The notes below the pieces were generated by a model. That model saw only the letters and a program-made list of their open reading frames with translations. It made no database searches and had not been told where the DNA came from. From contig CAVWDK010000010.1 in the NCBI GenBank assembly GCA_963753715.1, positions 61,564 to 125,563 on the forward strand: a stretch of DNA of 64,000 nt, given 5' to 3'. Shown one piece after another: positions 1 to 9,801 of this stretch; the first letter of the stretch is position 1; every line of letters starts with the position of its first letter. Position numbers and translations under genes: made by a program. This DNA comes from an uncultured Acidobacteriaceae bacterium. GTDB taxonomy: Bacteria > Acidobacteriota > Terriglobia > Terriglobales > Acidobacteriaceae.

Positions 1-1
1 G

Positions 2-157
2 CGGACATCCAAGCTGTTCCTTTACTCCACGCACGAGGCGGCCGGGCGCTACTACGATGTGGCCGCGGAGCCCAAGCAGCGCTCGATTGTTGCCAACGGT
101 CGGGATTATCTGAACAGCCTGCGGGATTTTCTGGAGAAATATCTACCCGGCGCCTGA
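2..157 (+). CDS. 3' end of a CDS entering from the left edge (last 51 codons; product not recognised)
   Basis: The frame is open from the window edge to TGA at 155-157 (...KLFLYSTHEAAGRYYDV...LEKYLPGA*). The fragment is too short for a family call. Confidence 0.35.
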   Translation, partial: RTSKLFLYSTHEAAGRYYDVAAEPKQRSIVANGRDYLNSLRDFLEKYLPGA

Positions 158-209
158 ACAGTTCCCTGCTAAGCTTTGCTCACGATACTGACACCAAAGG
201 AGTTTTCGA

Positions 210-650
210 TTGTTCAGCTGGCTTGATCGCTTTCAGGGTTTAGGCGCTTTCGTGATGCGGATAGCTTTAGGCGTCATCATGGTGGCTCATGGATATACGA
301 AGATCATTCCCACGGGCGCGCTGTATACCTTCAGCCATATGGTCTTCACCCGCATGCACCTGCCGCTCTGGCTGGGCTATGTCTCCGCCTTTACGGAATT
401 CTTTGGCGGCATGCTTTTGATTGTTGGGTTATTGACGCGGGTGGCCGCGTTCATGACGGCCATTGATATGGCGGTGGCCATCATCAAGGTGCACCTCCAC
501 GGTGGCCTGCTGGGGCCCAATTCATTTGCTCTCCCGTGGGCGCTGCTCTCCATCGCCCTTATGCTGGTGTTCACCGGCTGTGGCTGGCTGGGGCTGGATG
601 ATTTTGTGGGAAGAAACAAAAGCGCCCGCACAAAGTTGGTCGGCCGCTGA
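210..650 (+). CDS. DoxX family membrane protein
   Basis: 146-aa ORF with a TTG start and AAGGAG about 7 nt upstream. It has four hydrophobic helices and the N-terminal 'FVMRIALGVIMVAHGYTKI' pattern typical of DoxX. Confidence 0.8.
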   Translation: MFSWLDRFQGLGAFVMRIALGVIMVAHGYTKIIPTGALYTFSHMVFTRMHLPLWLGYVSAFTEFFGGMLLIVGLLTRVAAFMTAIDMAVAIIKVHLHGGLLGPNSFALPWALLSIALMLVFTGCGWLGLDDFVGRNKSARTKLVGR

Positions 651-871
651 ATCGGCTGCCCAGGAAAGGTGGCCTTTCCTGGGCACCGCCCTTTTCGACA
701 CCTTCGCTGTGTCAGATAAGGGAATCCACGTTCCCAGAAACCCTCGGCATCGTCGCAAGCCCCCCGACTTCGATTCGGCCTACAAGGTTCAAAATCCGAG
801 AATCGCGGCTCCCCATCTGACACAGCGAACGTGCCGGATCTGGCGGATCTTTCCGTTGAATGTGGGCCCGG

Positions 872-2125
872 TTAACTCGACACCATATTGAGAAATTGGG
901 TCGTCTTCAATTCCGACCCGGGGAAAACCAACTCCATGTTGCGTGCTCCCAGAGTTTTGTAAGCTGCTTCACCCAGAACCTGGCGGAAATCTGTAGTGAT
1001 TGCCAGATCGCGGTTCTGATACAACTGCTCGGTCGCCATGCCTGGCCACTTTCCGTAGACTTTGCCACCTTTAACGGCGCCGCCGAGCACGAACATGACA
1101 TTCGCGTGCCCGTGATCGGTGCCACCGGTACCGTTCTGTTGCGCCGTACGCCCGAACTCGGACATGGTCACAAGGACCACATTCTCCGCGTCGCTGCCCA
1201 TATCGGTCCAGAAAGCCGAGATGCCCTGGCTGAAGTCACGCAGACAATTAGCCAGCTGTCCGTTCACGCTACCCTGATTCTGATGTGTATCCCAGCCGCC
1301 GATGTCAGTGAACGCGGCTTCCACGCCCAGGTTCGCCTTCAGCAACTGCGCAATCTGCTTCATGTTGTTGCCGAATGGCCCGTTGGGATAGTTTGCTCCC
1401 GGCCCGGGCTGGTAGTGTGCCGGGTCCGTTGCTTTCAACATTTTAACCGCCGCGAAGGTTTCCTGTCCGGTGCCGTGGAGCACGGAGTCGACAGAATCGG
1501 CATACATGGCTTCGAAGGCGGAGCTGATCGGTGCGGCGTTAGGATTCTTCCCTGCCACGGAGAAATCCTGCAACTGGTTGACCGCGACTGCGGAGATTTT
1601 CCCTTGCAAGGTGCGAGGCACCTGGGATCCCAGGGCGACTGCGCGAAAAGCGGTGTGCGCTGCCGGGCGGCGAAGATCTTCTGCTTGCAGAGCGCGATTC
1701 AACCAGCCGTCGGGCGTGGCTTTTACGCCCGGAGTGCCGCTTTCCATGAAATCCTGCGCGTCGAAGTGGGAGCGGGTGGTGTCGGGTGAGCCGGCTGCCT
1801 GGACCATCGCCAGGTGACCCTGATCAAAGAGGGGTTTGAAGGATTGCATGGCCGGGTGCAAACCGAAGAATCCATCCAGGTCGATGAGTTGGTTTTGCGG
1901 GATCGCGATCGTCGGGCGCAGCTGGTAGTAATTGGTCTCGGCGTGCGGCACCACGATGTTGAGCCCATCGGCAGCCCCACGTTGGAAGATCACCACCAGC
2001 TTTTTTCCCTGAGCCTGGGCAGTCGTGGTCTGAGCGAGCACCGACTGCCTGAGGAACGCCGGTACCACTGAGGTCCCTACCAGGGCCATCGCCCCACCCT
2101 TCATGAAGGCCCGACGCGTCGCCAT
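872..2125 (-). CDS. DUF1501 domain-containing protein (Tat-exported, sulfatase-like fold)
   Basis: 417-aa ORF with a twin-arginine signal (MATRRAFMKGGAMALVG). It carries the motifs 'GGWDTHQNQ' and 'MSEFGRTAQQNGTGGTDHG' characteristic of DUF1501, and AGGAG lies upstream of the ATG. Confidence 0.85.
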   Translation of the reverse strand: MATRRAFMKGGAMALVGTSVVPAFLRQSVLAQTTTAQAQGKKLVVIFQRGAADGLNIVVPHAETNYYQLRPTIAIPQNQLIDLDGFFGLHPAMQSFKPLFDQGHLAMVQAAGSPDTTRSHFDAQDFMESGTPGVKATPDGWLNRALQAEDLRRPAAHTAFRAVALGSQVPRTLQGKISAVAVNQLQDFSVAGKNPNAAPISSAFEAMYADSVDSVLHGTGQETFAAVKMLKATDPAHYQPGPGANYPNGPFGNNMKQIAQLLKANLGVEAAFTDIGGWDTHQNQGSVNGQLANCLRDFSQGISAFWTDMGSDAENVVLVTMSEFGRTAQQNGTGGTDHGHANVMFVLGGAVKGGKVYGKWPGMATEQLYQNRDLAITTDFRQVLGEAAYKTLGARNMELVFPGSELKTTQFLNMVSS

Positions 2126-2333
2126 GCTCGACTCCTACCTGGCCCGCCGTCGCGGGCACATCCATTCGAACGCGAGGATGGCAGGAAAGTTGTGGTTGAA
2201 AATGAGGCTTGTGGGTGTTTTTCCCTGTTCGTGGAATTGGGTTGAAAGGGGTTGCCGGGCAACGTTCTGACGGTCAGTAAACCTTGTAGAATGATTAGCT
2301 TCCCGCTGGAAGTTAATCTCTCTCCCAAACATT

Positions 2334-2659
2334 TCCACGAAAGGTCCGCTGAACTGCAGATCCCTCGGCTCCCCCGGATTTCCTGTCGAGAATTGCGGCT
2401 TCGATCAGCCGCGTGGTCGTTGGTGAGAGCGGCGAAGTAGGAAATAAGGGTACGACGGGATGACAAAAAGGAAAGGGCAACGGTTCTTTAGAGCGGGATT
2501 GCTGAACCAGGTTTTCTCATCCCATCAGACAAGGCCTGCGGCCAACCCAAGGTAGCGAAAAACGCATCGGTTCCGTATCCGCCCTCTATGAACCGTTGCT
2601 ACCTCCTTTTTGTCATCCCGAAGCCGAGGGATCTGCAGTTCCACGGACCTTTCGTGGAA
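2334..2659. repeat. Nested inverted REP-like repeats forming a ~325-bp composite palindrome
   Basis: The outer arms 2334-2370 and 2622-2659 are reverse complements with 2 mismatches in 38 nt (core ...GAACTGCAGATCCCTCGGCT). The inner arms 2457-2486 (GGGATGACAAAAAGGAAAGGGCAACGGTTC) and 2590-2619 are imperfect reverse complements. The same cores recur at about 18.0-18.3, 32.2-32.4 and 57.5-57.8 kb. Confidence 0.85.
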
Positions 2660-2676
2660 AACCTTCCTTCAGTTGC

Positions 2677-4845
2677 CTAGTATTTGTGCAGCTCGGCTAT
2701 GGCGCGGTACAGGTCTTCCGGTTGAGGCAAAATGACGTCTTCCAGGATGGGCTGGTATGCCACGAATGTATCCATGGCGGCTACACGCTTGACTGGGGCA
2801 TCGAGGTACTCGAAAAGCTCGTCCGCAATCCTGGCTGCGATTTCTGCTCCGTATCCCCAGCTCAACATATCTTCGTGGGCAATGATGACCCGCCCGGTCT
2901 TTTGCACCGAGGTTGCAATCGCGTCCCAGTCGTAAGGGTTGAGGGTACGCAGATCGATGAGTTCGACCTCCACTCCCAGTTCACTGCTCGCCTGTTGCGC
3001 AGCACGCAGGGCACGCGGGACCACGGCGCCATAGGTAACCAGCGTCATGTCATTTCCCTTCCGCAATACATTGGCCTTGCCGAAGGGGATAGCGAAATCG
3101 GGTCCGGGGTACGCGGCTCGCCCGAAGGTTTCACGGTAAAGGCGCTTATGCTCAAAAAAGAGCACCGGATCGTCGCAGCGGATCGCCGTGCGCAACAATC
3201 CATTGGCGTCGAGGGCGTTGGAGGGAAAAACCACGCGAATCCCCGGGGTGTGGGTAAAGATGCTCTCTCCGCACTGGGAATGGTAGACCGACCCACCGGT
3301 CAAATACCCACCAATGGCAACGCGGACAACCGCAGGCGCCGAATAACCACCGTTGGAGCGCCAACGCAGCAGGCTGAGTTCGTTACGCAATTGATGCATT
3401 GCGGGCCAGATGTAGTCGAAGAACTGGATCTCGACCACGGGTTTGAGTCCGCGGGTGGCCATGCCGAGGGCACGACCCACGATATCGGCCTCGGCCAGGC
3501 GCGCGTTGTAAACACGATCCGGACCGAACTCCCGCTGCAGCCCGGCGGTGAGCTTGAAGACGCCGCCCTTGCCTTTCACCAGGCCGTCCCGGAGTTCCTG
3601 ATCGTAGCTGGTATCGGCTACGTCCTGACCGAAGATCACCATGCGGGGATCACGCTGCATTTCGTCCTTCAGGCAGGCGTTGATCAGGTCGGCCATGGTC
3701 CGCTCCTGCGCATCCGGTGTCTGCACAGCCGGCCGGGCCAGGGTCTCGCTCGTCGGGTCAAGGTCTTCGGAATATACATGCCGCTTGATGGAACTGATCT
3801 CTGGTAGCGGCGCGCGGAGCACCCGGTCGGCAGCGCTCCTCACCTCTTCATCCACCTCCTGTTCCAGGCGGTTGATGGCCGTTGGGTCAAGAATTCCGTC
3901 ACGGAGGAGACGCATCTGCAGCTTGGGCAAAGGATCGAGAGCCGCTTCCCGCTTGCGCTCTGCATCCGAACGGTAGAGCCCCTCGTCGTCGGAAAAAGAG
4001 TGTGAGTACTGGCGGATCACATGGCCGTGGACAAACGCCGGACCGGCGCCCGAGCGGCAATGCTCCACTGCCTGGGTAAAGGCAGCATAGCTTTCCACGG
4101 GATCCGTGCCATCCACCTCGGCGAAGTAGAAGTTGGGGAAATTCGCCACCAGCCGGGAGATATTTCCTCCCGGCGTGTTCACCTCTACCGGCACGGAGAT
4201 GGCGTAGCCATTGTCTTCGACCACAAATAAGACAGGTAAACGCAGGGCGGAGGCCGAGCTCATCGCCTCCCAGAACTCCCCTTCGCTGGTGGCGCCTTCG
4301 CCTAGCGAGACGTAGACCACCTCATCGCCATGAAAATGGGTCGCCTTAAACGCACTGTAATCCCCCTGGCGCTGCCCAGCGGCAGCGGGATGACTAGCCA
4401 GATACCTGCCCGCCTCGGCACAACCTACGGCCTGGAGACATTGCGTGGTTACCGAGCTAGACGAGCTGACGATGTTCAGGCGAGTATTGCTCCAGTGGGA
4501 AGGCATCTGGCGGCCGCCGCTCGATGGGTCTGCCGCCGCTCCGACGGACTGCAGCAACTGCTCTTCGACCGTATGTCCCAAGGTCAGGCTGAGGGCACGA
4601 TCGCGATAATAGGGGTAGAACCAGTCGTAGCCGGGCTTCAGAGCCATTCCAGCTGCTACCAGCAGTGCTTCGTGGCCTGCTCCGGAAACCTGGAAAAATA
4701 TCTTCTGTTGCCGTTTAAGAAGAATTTCACGATCGTCGGTACGGCGGGACAGGTACATCAACCGATACATGCGGATCAGCTGCTCCGGCTCCAAACCAGC
4801 GTAAGCCGCGGCAGTGGCTTGCTCAGTAATGGCTGTCTTTGCCAT
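2677..4845 (-). CDS. Thiamine-diphosphate-dependent 2-oxoacid dehydrogenase E1 component, fused alpha/beta subunits
   Basis: One ORF carries an E1-alpha-like half ('[16 protein letters not shown]...[11 protein letters not shown]') and an E1-beta/transketolase-like half ('[17 protein letters not shown]'). I prefer ATG 4845, which has AAGAGG upstream; the ORF is also open to GTG 4851. Confidence 0.85.
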   Translation of the reverse strand: MAKTAITEQATAAAYAGLEPEQLIRMYRLMYLSRRTDDREILLKRQQKIFFQVSGAGHEALLVAAGMALKPGYDWFYPYYRDRALSLTLGHTVEEQLLQSVGAAADPSSGGRQMPSHWSNTRLNIVSSSSSVTTQCLQAVGCAEAGRYLASHPAAAGQRQGDYSAFKATHFHGDEVVYVSLGEGATSEGEFWEAMSSASALRLPVLFVVEDNGYAISVPVEVNTPGGNISRLVANFPNFYFAEVDGTDPVESYAAFTQAVEHCRSGAGPAFVHGHVIRQYSHSFSDDEGLYRSDAERKREAALDPLPKLQMRLLRDGILDPTAINRLEQEVDEEVRSAADRVLRAPLPEISSIKRHVYSEDLDPTSETLARPAVQTPDAQERTMADLINACLKDEMQRDPRMVIFGQDVADTSYDQELRDGLVKGKGGVFKLTAGLQREFGPDRVYNARLAEADIVGRALGMATRGLKPVVEIQFFDYIWPAMHQLRNELSLLRWRSNGGYSAPAVVRVAIGGYLTGGSVYHSQCGESIFTHTPGIRVVFPSNALDANGLLRTAIRCDDPVLFFEHKRLYRETFGRAAYPGPDFAIPFGKANVLRKGNDMTLVTYGAVVPRALRAAQQASSELGVEVELIDLRTLNPYDWDAIATSVQKTGRVIIAHEDMLSWGYGAEIAARIADELFEYLDAPVKRVAAMDTFVAYQPILEDVILPQPEDLYRAIAELHKY

Positions 4846-5108
4846 GCCCACCTCTTATCGAGTACAACCCCAGATTGTAATGGTTTGTTCCCGCTCTTGC
4901 TCGTGATGGTTAACGTTCTGTAACCAATTGCATCCTATCGTGGTCGTGGGGACGTTTCCTGCCGGTATGATGACGGAGCGGCGTTGACCTTCTTTTTCCC
5001 AGCGTGCTTTAATCAACCGTTTTGCAGGTGTTTGCGGTCGCGGTCGACGGAGCAGCTGCGGCGGCCCCCCGGTATCCCCAGTAGCAGGTAATTTCTGGAG
5101 GCGTTTGA

Positions 5109-7373
5109 ATGGTTTTCTTCTCACTATCGGCCACTGTCTTCTGGCAGGGCTCGACCGCTGCCATCGACACCAGTGGCAGCACGTTTCTCTGGATTGCTAT
5201 GGTCGCCGGCGTACTCGGGCTGGTTTTTGCCCTGTTTTTGGCCCGCTCAGTGCTGGCATACGATACCGGAACGCCGGAAATGCGGATGATTTCAAACGCC
5301 ATTCGCGAGGGTGCGGAGGCGTTCATGTCGCGCCAGTACACCACCATCGGCGCGCTGGCTGTCGTGCTCGCTGTGGCTTTATTTGTGGGCTACAAGTTTT
5401 CCGACTTTACCGCGCCGTTGGCGGGAAAAGTCGTCATCAGCTTCCTGATCGGCGCGATCTGCTCCGGGTTTGCCGGCTTTACCGGGATGTTCGTTTCTAT
5501 CCGCACCAATATCCGCGCCGCGAGTGCTGCCCGTTCGAGTCTGGGTCAGGCCTTGAAGATTGCTCTCCATGGCGGAGCGGTCACCGGTATGGTGGTCATC
5601 AGCCTATCCTTGCTCGGTGTAGGCGCCCTCTTCTTTCTTTTTGGCGGATTAAAGGATCCGCAGCACGTTCCCTATCAACTGGTGGGCTTCGGCTTCGGCG
5701 CGTCGCTGGTGGCACTGTTCGCCCAGCTCGGCGGCGGTATTTATACCAAGGCGGCGGACGTGGGGGCCGACTTGGTGGGCAAGGTGGAAGCAGGGATTCC
5801 GGAAGACGATCCGCGCAATCCTGCCGTGATTGCTGACCTGGTGGGCGACAACGTGGGCGATTGCGCCGGCCGCGGGGCTGACATTTTCGAGTCGACCGCT
5901 GCCGAAAACGTCGGCGCCATGATCCTGGGCACGGCTCTCTACCCGGTGTTCGGCATCAAGGGGATCCTATTTCCTCTGATGGTGCACGCCATCAACCTGG
6001 TGGCCAGCTTTATTGGTGTACTCGTGGTCCACAGCCGCGAAGATCAGGACCCGATGGATGCGCTGAACCGCGGCTACTATGTCACCACGCTACTGGCGCT
6101 GGCCGGTTTTGCCGGGGCGGTGTACTACATGCTGCAAGGCCGCTGGTGGCTGCTGGGCTGCGGCGTGGTCGGGATGGTGACTTCGTTTCTCTTTGTCCGC
6201 ATTACGGAGTACTACACCGAGACCCGCTACCGGCCGGTGCAGTCGATCGCCAATGCATCGCTCACCGGTCCGGCAACCAACATTATCAGCGGTCTCGCCG
6301 TGGGAATGGAGACGCCTGCCATGCCGGTGGTCGTGATCAGCGCCGCATTGCTGTTCAGTTACTACTTCGGGGTGCGCGGGCTGGCGGATGCGAACGTTCC
6401 AGACTACGCCAAGGGTATTTACGGTACGGCCATCGCGACCATGGGGATGTTGTCTTCCGCCGCTTATATTCTCGCCATGGACACCTTTGGCCCGATTACC
6501 GACAATGCCGGCGGAATTATTGAAATGTCGGATCAGCCAGATTCGGTGCGGGAAAAGACCGACAAGCTGGATGCTGCCGGCAACACCACCAAGGCGCTCA
6601 CCAAGGGGTATGCCATTGGCTCCGCGGCCCTGGCTGCGTTTCTACTTTTTTCTGCATACCTGGAAACGGTCCACGGGATCGTGGCGCAACGCTTCGCCGA
6701 TGCGCACCAGGCGCTCAACCCCAACTGGAGTTTTACCAACATCAACCTGGCAAGCCTGCCGGTTTTCGTCGGGGCGCTGCTGGGCGCGATGCTGATCTTC
6801 CTTTTCTCTTCGTTCGCAATCAAGGCCGTGGGCCGCACGGCGCAATACATTATTGAAGATGTACGGGCGCAGTTCCGCGAGAACCCCGGCATCATGGCAG
6901 GCACGTCAAAGCCGGATTATGGCCGTTGCGTGCGCATCGTTACCGGCGCGGCGCTCAAGCAAATGGTTCTGCCCGGGGCGCTTGCGGTACTTACTCCTTT
7001 AGCCGTGGGATTGGTCTTCAGGAATTTAAGTGGCAGCTTCCATATTCGTATACCGGGAGAGTACACGCCCATCCTCAACGGTCATTCGATCGACCTTGCC
7101 GGTGCGGAGGCGGTCGCTGCCCTGCTTATGGTGGGGACGATCGTTGGCATCCTGATGGCCATGCTGATGAACAACAGCGGTGGCGCGTGGGATAACGCCA
7201 AGAAATACATTGAGACCGGGGCTCATGGAGGCAAACGATCAGAGGCACACAAGGCGGCGGTAGTCGGCGATACCGTGGGGGATCCGTTTAAGGACACGGC
7301 CGGCCCTTCCCTCCACGTGCTGATCAAGCTGCTGGCTACCGTTACGCTGGTGCTCGCGCCGCTGTTCCTATAG
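5109..7373 (+). CDS. hppA: Membrane-bound proton-translocating pyrophosphatase, K+-independent type
   Basis: 754-aa polytopic ORF with the diagnostic motifs 'GDNVGDCAGRGADIFES', 'DNAGGIIEM', 'GGAWDNAKKYIE' and 'GDTVGDPFKDTAGPSL'. The Lys in 'GNTTKALTKGYAIGSAAL' marks the K+-independent clade. Confidence 0.95.
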   Translation: MVFFSLSATVFWQGSTAAIDTSGSTFLWIAMVAGVLGLVFALFLARSVLAYDTGTPEMRMISNAIREGAEAFMSRQYTTIGALAVVLAVALFVGYKFSDFTAPLAGKVVISFLIGAICSGFAGFTGMFVSIRTNIRAASAARSSLGQALKIALHGGAVTGMVVISLSLLGVGALFFLFGGLKDPQHVPYQLVGFGFGASLVALFAQLGGGIYTKAADVGADLVGKVEAGIPEDDPRNPAVIADLVGDNVGDCAGRGADIFESTAAENVGAMILGTALYPVFGIKGILFPLMVHAINLVASFIGVLVVHSREDQDPMDALNRGYYVTTLLALAGFAGAVYYMLQGRWWLLGCGVVGMVTSFLFVRITEYYTETRYRPVQSIANASLTGPATNIISGLAVGMETPAMPVVVISAALLFSYYFGVRGLADANVPDYAKGIYGTAIATMGMLSSAAYILAMDTFGPITDNAGGIIEMSDQPDSVREKTDKLDAAGNTTKALTKGYAIGSAALAAFLLFSAYLETVHGIVAQRFADAHQALNPNWSFTNINLASLPVFVGALLGAMLIFLFSSFAIKAVGRTAQYIIEDVRAQFRENPGIMAGTSKPDYGRCVRIVTGAALKQMVLPGALAVLTPLAVGLVFRNLSGSFHIRIPGEYTPILNGHSIDLAGAEAVAALLMVGTIVGILMAMLMNNSGGAWDNAKKYIETGAHGGKRSEAHKAAVVGDTVGDPFKDTAGPSLHVLIKLLATVTLVLAPLFL

Positions 7374-7583
7374 GAAGGCGATCAGCAATCCGGGTGGGCC
7401 TGAACTCGACAACGGGGTTCGAGGATCTCAGGAAAGGCAATCGTCGGACTTCGCCCATCTTTTTCGCCCCACGTACGCTGTGGCGAACGAGGGGCACCCG
7501 TCCGATTGGCTTTGCCTTTGTTATGGGCACACACCTTTGGGAGCGGGCCCGGGTTTCTGCCCGCCACGCTATCATCAAATGTT

Positions 7584-8396
7584 ATGGGGTTCCCCTTCAT
7601 TAGAGGTTGGCTGTCCGCAGTGGCCACGTTCACACTTTTACTGCCCCATCCCCAGGCGTTGGCGTGGGGAAACGAGGGTCATCGGATCATTGCCGATATC
7701 GCCTGGAAGCACCTGAACGAGACGACGGTGCAACAACTGCGGCCATATCTGGGCGATAACGATTTGGCATCCATCTCCACCTGGGCGGACGACATCCGCA
7801 ACACGCGCCCAGAAACCGGACCCTGGCATTACGTCGATATCTCTCCGGATTCGGCCGGGTACGAACCGAAGGATTGCCCGGATGACAACTGCGTGGTGGC
7901 GCAAATCAATAGGTTTGCCCGGATCCTGGGTGATCCGGACCAGCCGTTCGCGGCTCGGAGCGAGGCGCTCAGGTTTCTAGTCCATTTCGTCGGCGATCTT
8001 AGCCAGCCGTTCCACGCCATGGCAGACGCGCGCGGAGGCAATGACATTCCCGTTACGGTCTTTGGCTCGACTCAGTGTGGCGACTATGCGTGTAACCTGC
8101 ATAGCGTCTGGGATAGCGAACTGATCCGGCACACGGGCTTACGCGAACACCATTATGCGCGCGACCTGGAGCAGATGATTGCGGCCGATCATCTGCAACC
8201 GGGGTCTACTGACCCAGTGGCGTGGGCAAACGACTCCTTGCAACTCGCCAGGCACGCCTGGGTGCAACCGCATACTGAGATCGACGAGGCCTACTACCTG
8301 CGCGAGCGGCCGGTGGTTGACCGGCAAATGGCCCTCGCCGGCTTACGCCTGGCGCGGATACTTAATGAAGAACTGGGGGGCTCTGCGAAGTCGTGA
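7584..8396 (+). CDS. S1/P1 family nuclease (secreted)
   Basis: A signal peptide is followed by 'WGNEGHRIIADIAW', 'WHYVD', 'HFVGDLSQPFH' and 'NLHSVWD', the zinc-ligand pattern of S1/P1 nucleases. The ORF is open from 7506, but ATG 7584 gives a normal signal peptide. Confidence 0.8.
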   Translation: MGFPFIRGWLSAVATFTLLLPHPQALAWGNEGHRIIADIAWKHLNETTVQQLRPYLGDNDLASISTWADDIRNTRPETGPWHYVDISPDSAGYEPKDCPDDNCVVAQINRFARILGDPDQPFAARSEALRFLVHFVGDLSQPFHAMADARGGNDIPVTVFGSTQCGDYACNLHSVWDSELIRHTGLREHHYARDLEQMIAADHLQPGSTDPVAWANDSLQLARHAWVQPHTEIDEAYYLRERPVVDRQMALAGLRLARILNEELGGSAKS

Positions 8397-8398
8397 AT

Positions 8399-8980
8399 TT
8401 AGAGAAAGAAGCCGAACATATCGAGTACTTCGTCGCTTACCTCAACGTCGGTTAAGTTGGCTTCTTCAATGAGCCTTAGTTTTTGACGAAAGCGGTCTAG
8501 TAGACCGGAGTTGATATCCGTCTTCTGGTCCAGGGTCCACATCAATTGAGCAGCAGTGGTGCGATGTTCACAACGAGCGGCCAGGCCGTGTGCCGTTTCA
8601 ATGGTCAGCACAAGGGGCAGAGTGTGGAACTCCTGATACAAATGCATCGGGATACGGGCTTTGATGTTGACTCGCATCGTGAGCAAAGAATGCCATGCGC
8701 GTAGGGAGCTAGCCATACTACCTTGGTAGGTGGTAACCCTCTGGGGGTTGCAGAGCGCATTCTTGGTATCTAAACGGTTTGGAATGTGCAACCCGGCCTC
8801 AGACTGTTCATACGGGACAGAATAAAGTTCAGCCGTCCCCGTTCGACTCCTGGGTACATCATGAACATGATAAGTCCCGCAAGACGGCTGAGAGTTGTCC
8901 AGGATTGAATCGCGGCCTATTTCCAGCCGTCCCTGCGGGACATCGGCGTTGAGTTTTTCCGCAACCTCTAAAGTTCTCAT
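8399..8980 (-). CDS. Hypothetical protein (ORFan, visibly lower GC than its neighbours)
   Basis: The ORF is open over 8399-9091, and ATG at 8980 (MRTLEVAEKL...) avoids overlap with the divergent gene. I recognised no motif. It is visibly more AT-rich than its flanks. Confidence 0.4.
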   Translation of the reverse strand: MRTLEVAEKLNADVPQGRLEIGRDSILDNSQPSCGTYHVHDVPRSRTGTAELYSVPYEQSEAGLHIPNRLDTKNALCNPQRVTTYQGSMASSLRAWHSLLTMRVNIKARIPMHLYQEFHTLPLVLTIETAHGLAARCEHRTTAAQLMWTLDQKTDINSGLLDRFRQKLRLIEEANLTDVEVSDEVLDMFGFFL

Positions 8981-9010
8981 CCGCGCGAGTGTTATGGCAC
9001 GGCGGAAGCT

Positions 9011-9786
9011 GTGCTTTCGTTCATCAGCGCAACTCGAAAACTTGCGCAGGGAGTAGCAAATTTGCTCGTTGCCATCGTCACCGATATTCACGGAAACCTA
9101 ACCGCATTCGAGGCCGTGCTGGCGGATATTCGCCGGATGTCTCCAGATCTCGTGCTTCACGGAGGCGACCTGGCCGATCCAGGATCGAGCCCCATCGACG
9201 TGGTGGACCGCATTCGCGATCTAGGCTGGCCCGGGGTTATGGGCAACACGGATGAAATGCTTGTCCGGCCAAGCTCGCTGGAGGATTTCGCGAGCCAATC
9301 TTCGGCTCCGCCCAATCTGTGGTCCGCGATACGCCTTATCGCGTCGAGTACCCGCGGTAAACTTGGAGGCGAAAGATTGGCGTGGCTGAGCGAGCTGCCT
9401 CTGGTGAGGACTTTACCGGGTTTCGCACTCGTACATGCTGAACCCGGGAGTTGCTGGCGAGCGCCTGCGGCAGAAGCAACTGATGCAGAACTGGAAAACA
9501 TTTATGGCCCACTCGGCCAGCCTATTGTTGCTATGGGCATACCCATCGCCCCGCCATTCGTAGCCTCGCCCGGCATCCTGAACTGCTGATCAATACAGGG
9601 AGTGTTGGGCTGCCTTATGACGGCGATCCCCGCGCCTCTTATTTGCTGCTCGATGGAACTACACCGTCGATTCGTAGAGTCGCGTACAACGTTGAGAAGG
9701 AACTGAAGGCTCTTTCCAATTGTGGACTACCGGGTGCGGAATGGGCGGCAAATATGCTGCGGACAAGCTCTCTCCAGATGCCGTAG
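9011..9786 (+). pseudogene. Metallophosphoesterase (YfcE/calcineurin-like), interrupted by one frameshift
   Basis: The N-terminal ORF has 'VAIVTDIHGN...VLHGGDLADPG...GNTDE'. It stops at 9589 after nonsense sequence. The conserved C-terminal half 'YGHTHRPAIRSL..LINTGSVGLPYDGDPRASYLLLDG...' is in another frame (open 9484-9786, stop 9784-9786). The two frames join at about 9520-9530, where one missing base in 'cctattgttgctatggg' would restore ...PIVCYGHTH. Confidence 0.7.
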
Positions 9787-9801
9787 TGAAAGAAGGATCG
9801 G

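Noticed and set aside
9484-9530. Programmed ribosomal frameshifting as an explanation for the split metallophosphoesterase, and for the other split genes.
   Set aside because: There is no slippery heptamer or downstream structure at the junction. The other broken genes need 8-9 shifts each, in both directions. Decay or sequence error is the simpler explanation.
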